DNA of 53,875 bases, counting the filler, from Sluysia triapertura (lineage: Eukaryota): assembly GCA_046118255.1 (NCBI GenBank). It is 4 parts of 4 records of this genome, joined end to end, with 100 filler letters (N's around TTAATTAATTAA, not from the genome) between each part and the next. Parts side by side here need not be neighbours in the genome. Positions count along the whole stretch, not along the records: positions 42,309 to 53,875 come from JBJNIA010183324.1; 3 more parts are not named here. One strand, given 5' to 3'. Position 1 is the first letter of the stretch, and each line of letters begins with the position of its first letter. This document shows, piece after piece, positions 51,003 through 53,875 of this stretch. Under the pieces are notes generated by a model. It had not been told where the DNA came from. It saw only the letters and a list, made by a program, of their open reading frames with translations, and did not search any database. Both the position numbers and the translations under genes were made by a program.

Positions 51003-52592
51003 GTATATGGTTGATGATCACATGATGTTAATGTCCAAAATCGAAACTAAAAAAATCAGTAGAATGAAAAATCTTCGATTATAGAGCGTTGGTTTAAGCT
51101 TGAGGGACTTATTACTCCAGGCCATTACAAGACTTTTTCAGAAACATGATCGCTTCAAAAAAGTAAAATTATATTGAAAATAAATTACAAATTTTGTTTT
51201 AGAGTGATTATTATAAAGTGGTTTCTAAATATGATTATTAAAATTATAATTATTGCATTTTATCAATTAGGAGTTTCATGTGTTAAAATCGTTGTAGTAG
51301 AATAACATAAAATTAAAATTAATGTAAATAAATATATTTATTAATTTAGAAATCTGAAACACCATTAATAGTTATGGAGTATTGCAATTTGGGTTCTCTA
51401 TACGATTTATTGATTTTACGTAAAGGCTTTTGTGATGATATTTTACTTAAAACATTGGAATGTCTTAGTAAGTTTTATTTAATATTTTAAAATTTTGAAA
51501 AAAACTATAAATTTGAATAGCAAGTGATAAAAAGTATTATTCAAAGAATAAAATTTGGAATCCCAAGTTACAAATTGCCCTTTCTAACCGGGAATGGAAT
51601 CTCAGTATATCAAATAAAATGAAAACTGGCGAATAACATAGCTTTAAGTCAAAACAATAAGACAAAGTGTGTAACAATGAACTAGGAACAGATCTTGCTG
51701 ATATTAATAATTAAGACAAAAAAGTTTTAATGAATTAGAAAATATACACTTGATGATTGAAAGAAAGAAAATACTATGAATAAATAAATAAAAATTTCCG
51801 AAAAAATATTGCCGTTATACTTTGCAAATATTTTAACTAAATATCAATTATTGTACAGATGTAATTCTGATTAGAAGATAATGAACGACTTTAAATAATG
51901 CCAAATACACATCTATTTTGTAAGGATGCCAACATTAATCAATTTAAATGAGAATATTTATACAAAATTTCAAGCAAGAAAGTCTTTCAGGTCATACTTC
52001 AAGATTCGCAATATCGTAATTTGAGACCAGATTTTAGTTTGTGTTTGTTTGATTAGAATACTTATGTTCAGGGTTCAACAAATGAAAGTTTTGAAAAAAA
52101 GACGTTTAAAAAATTAATTCATCAACTATCTCATTTTGAATTACTTATAATATATTTGACATGAAATTTTAGACTAATCTGAAATCATATTTAGTAAATG
52201 TTAAATAAGCATCCACATTTGCATATAAACTAAAAACACAAACAACGATATACTGGAAAATTTCACGTAACTTAATACAACTTAATAGTTGTCTACCTCT
52301 TAAATTTTCAAGAAGACCTCGTGTACTCATAGAATTTTCTTTATGAAGAATAGTTTCGGAGACAATTCGTGTTTAAATAATAAAATTTTAGTAAGTAGTC
52401 AAGTATTGCAACATTACTATGAATAAAACGATATAAGAACTGAACTGTCTTTAATAATAAAATTTTTATTCGAATTTCGTAAAAATTCTTTAAAGAGAGA
52501 TATTTTATTGGCCAACAGTTTTATGACTTTAAAAACGTATTTCAAATTTTGATTCAATGTACTGATAAAGTAAACTTATAATTTATGCAAGT

Positions 52593-52626
52593 TTCTAGCT
52601 GTGCTTACATATCCTTTCTCAACCAT
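52593..52626 (+). repeat. Repeat family D, copy 2
   Basis: TTCTAGCTGTGCTTACATATCCTTTCTCAACCAT. Confidence 0.8.
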
Positions 52627-53309
52627 AATAGGAATCAGCAAGTATTTATCATTTCTTTCTTGAACAAGAAAATTTTTATAAGGTATTTTTACATTTGATA
52701 TCCAAATTTAAATAAAAGTTCAAATTTAAATTGTAATCTGTTCAAAATCATATCTATCGTCTTCTCAGAGCCTATTTGAAAACAGAATTTACCTTGCAAT
52801 AATAAGAATATTAATTTTTGAGTGCGTAGTTATGTGCTGTACTATATTTTATATTGTTATTAGGGTTTGCACAAGTAAAAATCTAATGTTAATAATTGTA
52901 GGGAAATCATATAAAATTCATCACACTTCATCACATAAAAACATCACTTACTTAAACAGAACATTAAACGAACTACTAGACTCATTCAAAAAACAAACAT
53001 CCATTGTACATAATTATCATGAACTATAGCTATTGTTATTGTAATTCCAGTCGTATTAAAATATATAGCAATTATTAGGATTATTGTCGTATAATATAAT
53101 TACCACGATTGTCAAATAATAGCTTTCATATTAACATCAACAATACTATTATTTTAAAACATATAATAATTACGTTATTATCATTATTATTTCTTTTATC
53201 CTTGTTATCAACCTTTATTATTCTTTCGTTTTTCCGAGTCTATATATATTTATGTATGTGTTTATCGGAAAAGTACTAAAGATATAATATCAATAACAAT
53301 TTACAAAAA

Positions 53310-53860
53310 ATACTTGGAGTGATATTTACAAACAATATCCAAATTGTATATCACCGATAGATCAGTATGTACGTGATTGCGATTTTATACCACGTCGCAA
53401 ACCGTAAGTTTTTTAAATGAAAGATTATCTAGTAAGTAATAATAATTTAAGAAACGTTCGAGTAACGGGTGATATGTGTTCAAGTAAATTTTGTTTAAAT
53501 GCTACAGATTGTATATTAATTGAAAAACACGGTAATGATGACATCAATATTATGAATTTGATGGTAATTATAATAAAAGTAATGGATATTCAATAAATTT
53601 GGTGTTTTGTTGTAGTAAGTTTTGTGTAAATCATACGAATTAACAAATAAAGTATTTTTGGATCAAAAAATAAATTTGATTCAACTTGTCAAAATGGCCC
53701 AATAACGGCATTTGCGAAGGTAATGATTTGTATGTCAAACCAATACAATATAAAGGAATTAATTTTACTGACGAAGTAAACATTACTGTAAAATGTACAC
53801 TTAATTTAAATAAAGTCCATTGTTTTAATTACATTGATTGTAAAACATCTGAAATGTATT
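53310..53860 (+). pseudogene. Decayed Cys-rich, glycoprotein-like coding remnant with a putative 48-nt intron
   Basis: TWSDIYKQYPNCISPIDQYVRDCDFIPRRKP joins in frame across GTAAGT(53404)...AG(53451) to NVRVTGDMCSSKFCLNATDCILIE. Later frames give FCCSKFCVNHT and GICEGNDL...INFTDEVNITVKC...HCFNYIDC. Confidence 0.35.
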
Positions 53861-53875
53861 TTTATTTTATTAATG

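Overview
Very AT-rich eukaryotic (invertebrate-like) genomic scaffold with three artificial 100-bp gap spacers (44 N + TTAATTAATTAA + 44 N). The only clear host-gene exon is a 230-bp + strand exon (44131-44360) encoding part of the hemicentin N-terminal VWA domain. I recognised no neighbouring hemicentin exon, so much of the window may be intronic. The rest is mostly decayed mobile DNA: a gag remnant, a mariner derivative with ~100-bp inverted ends, a psq-HTH fragment, a 90-bp hAT MITE, a Tigger/jerky-type pogo element, a THAP ORF, a Ty3/Gypsy pol remnant and a tRNA-derived sequence. Two things stand out. (1) About ten dispersed copies of a ~52-nt motif (CCTCCAG...AAAAT-stem-stem-loop-TGAACTCAC) keep two nested stems through compensatory base changes; several lie ~530-850 bp downstream of a shared TATA module and overlap a mini-intron-like sequence. 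(2) The Gypsy pol remnant is preceded not by gag/protease but by intronless fragments of two host genes, an Erbin/Lap1-type LRR and an ARHGAP1-type BCH domain, joined by an ATGA overlap. Several orphan or decayed ORF clusters and a TRAF-like MATH fragment are also noted. All homology calls come from motif recognition by eye; no searches were run.
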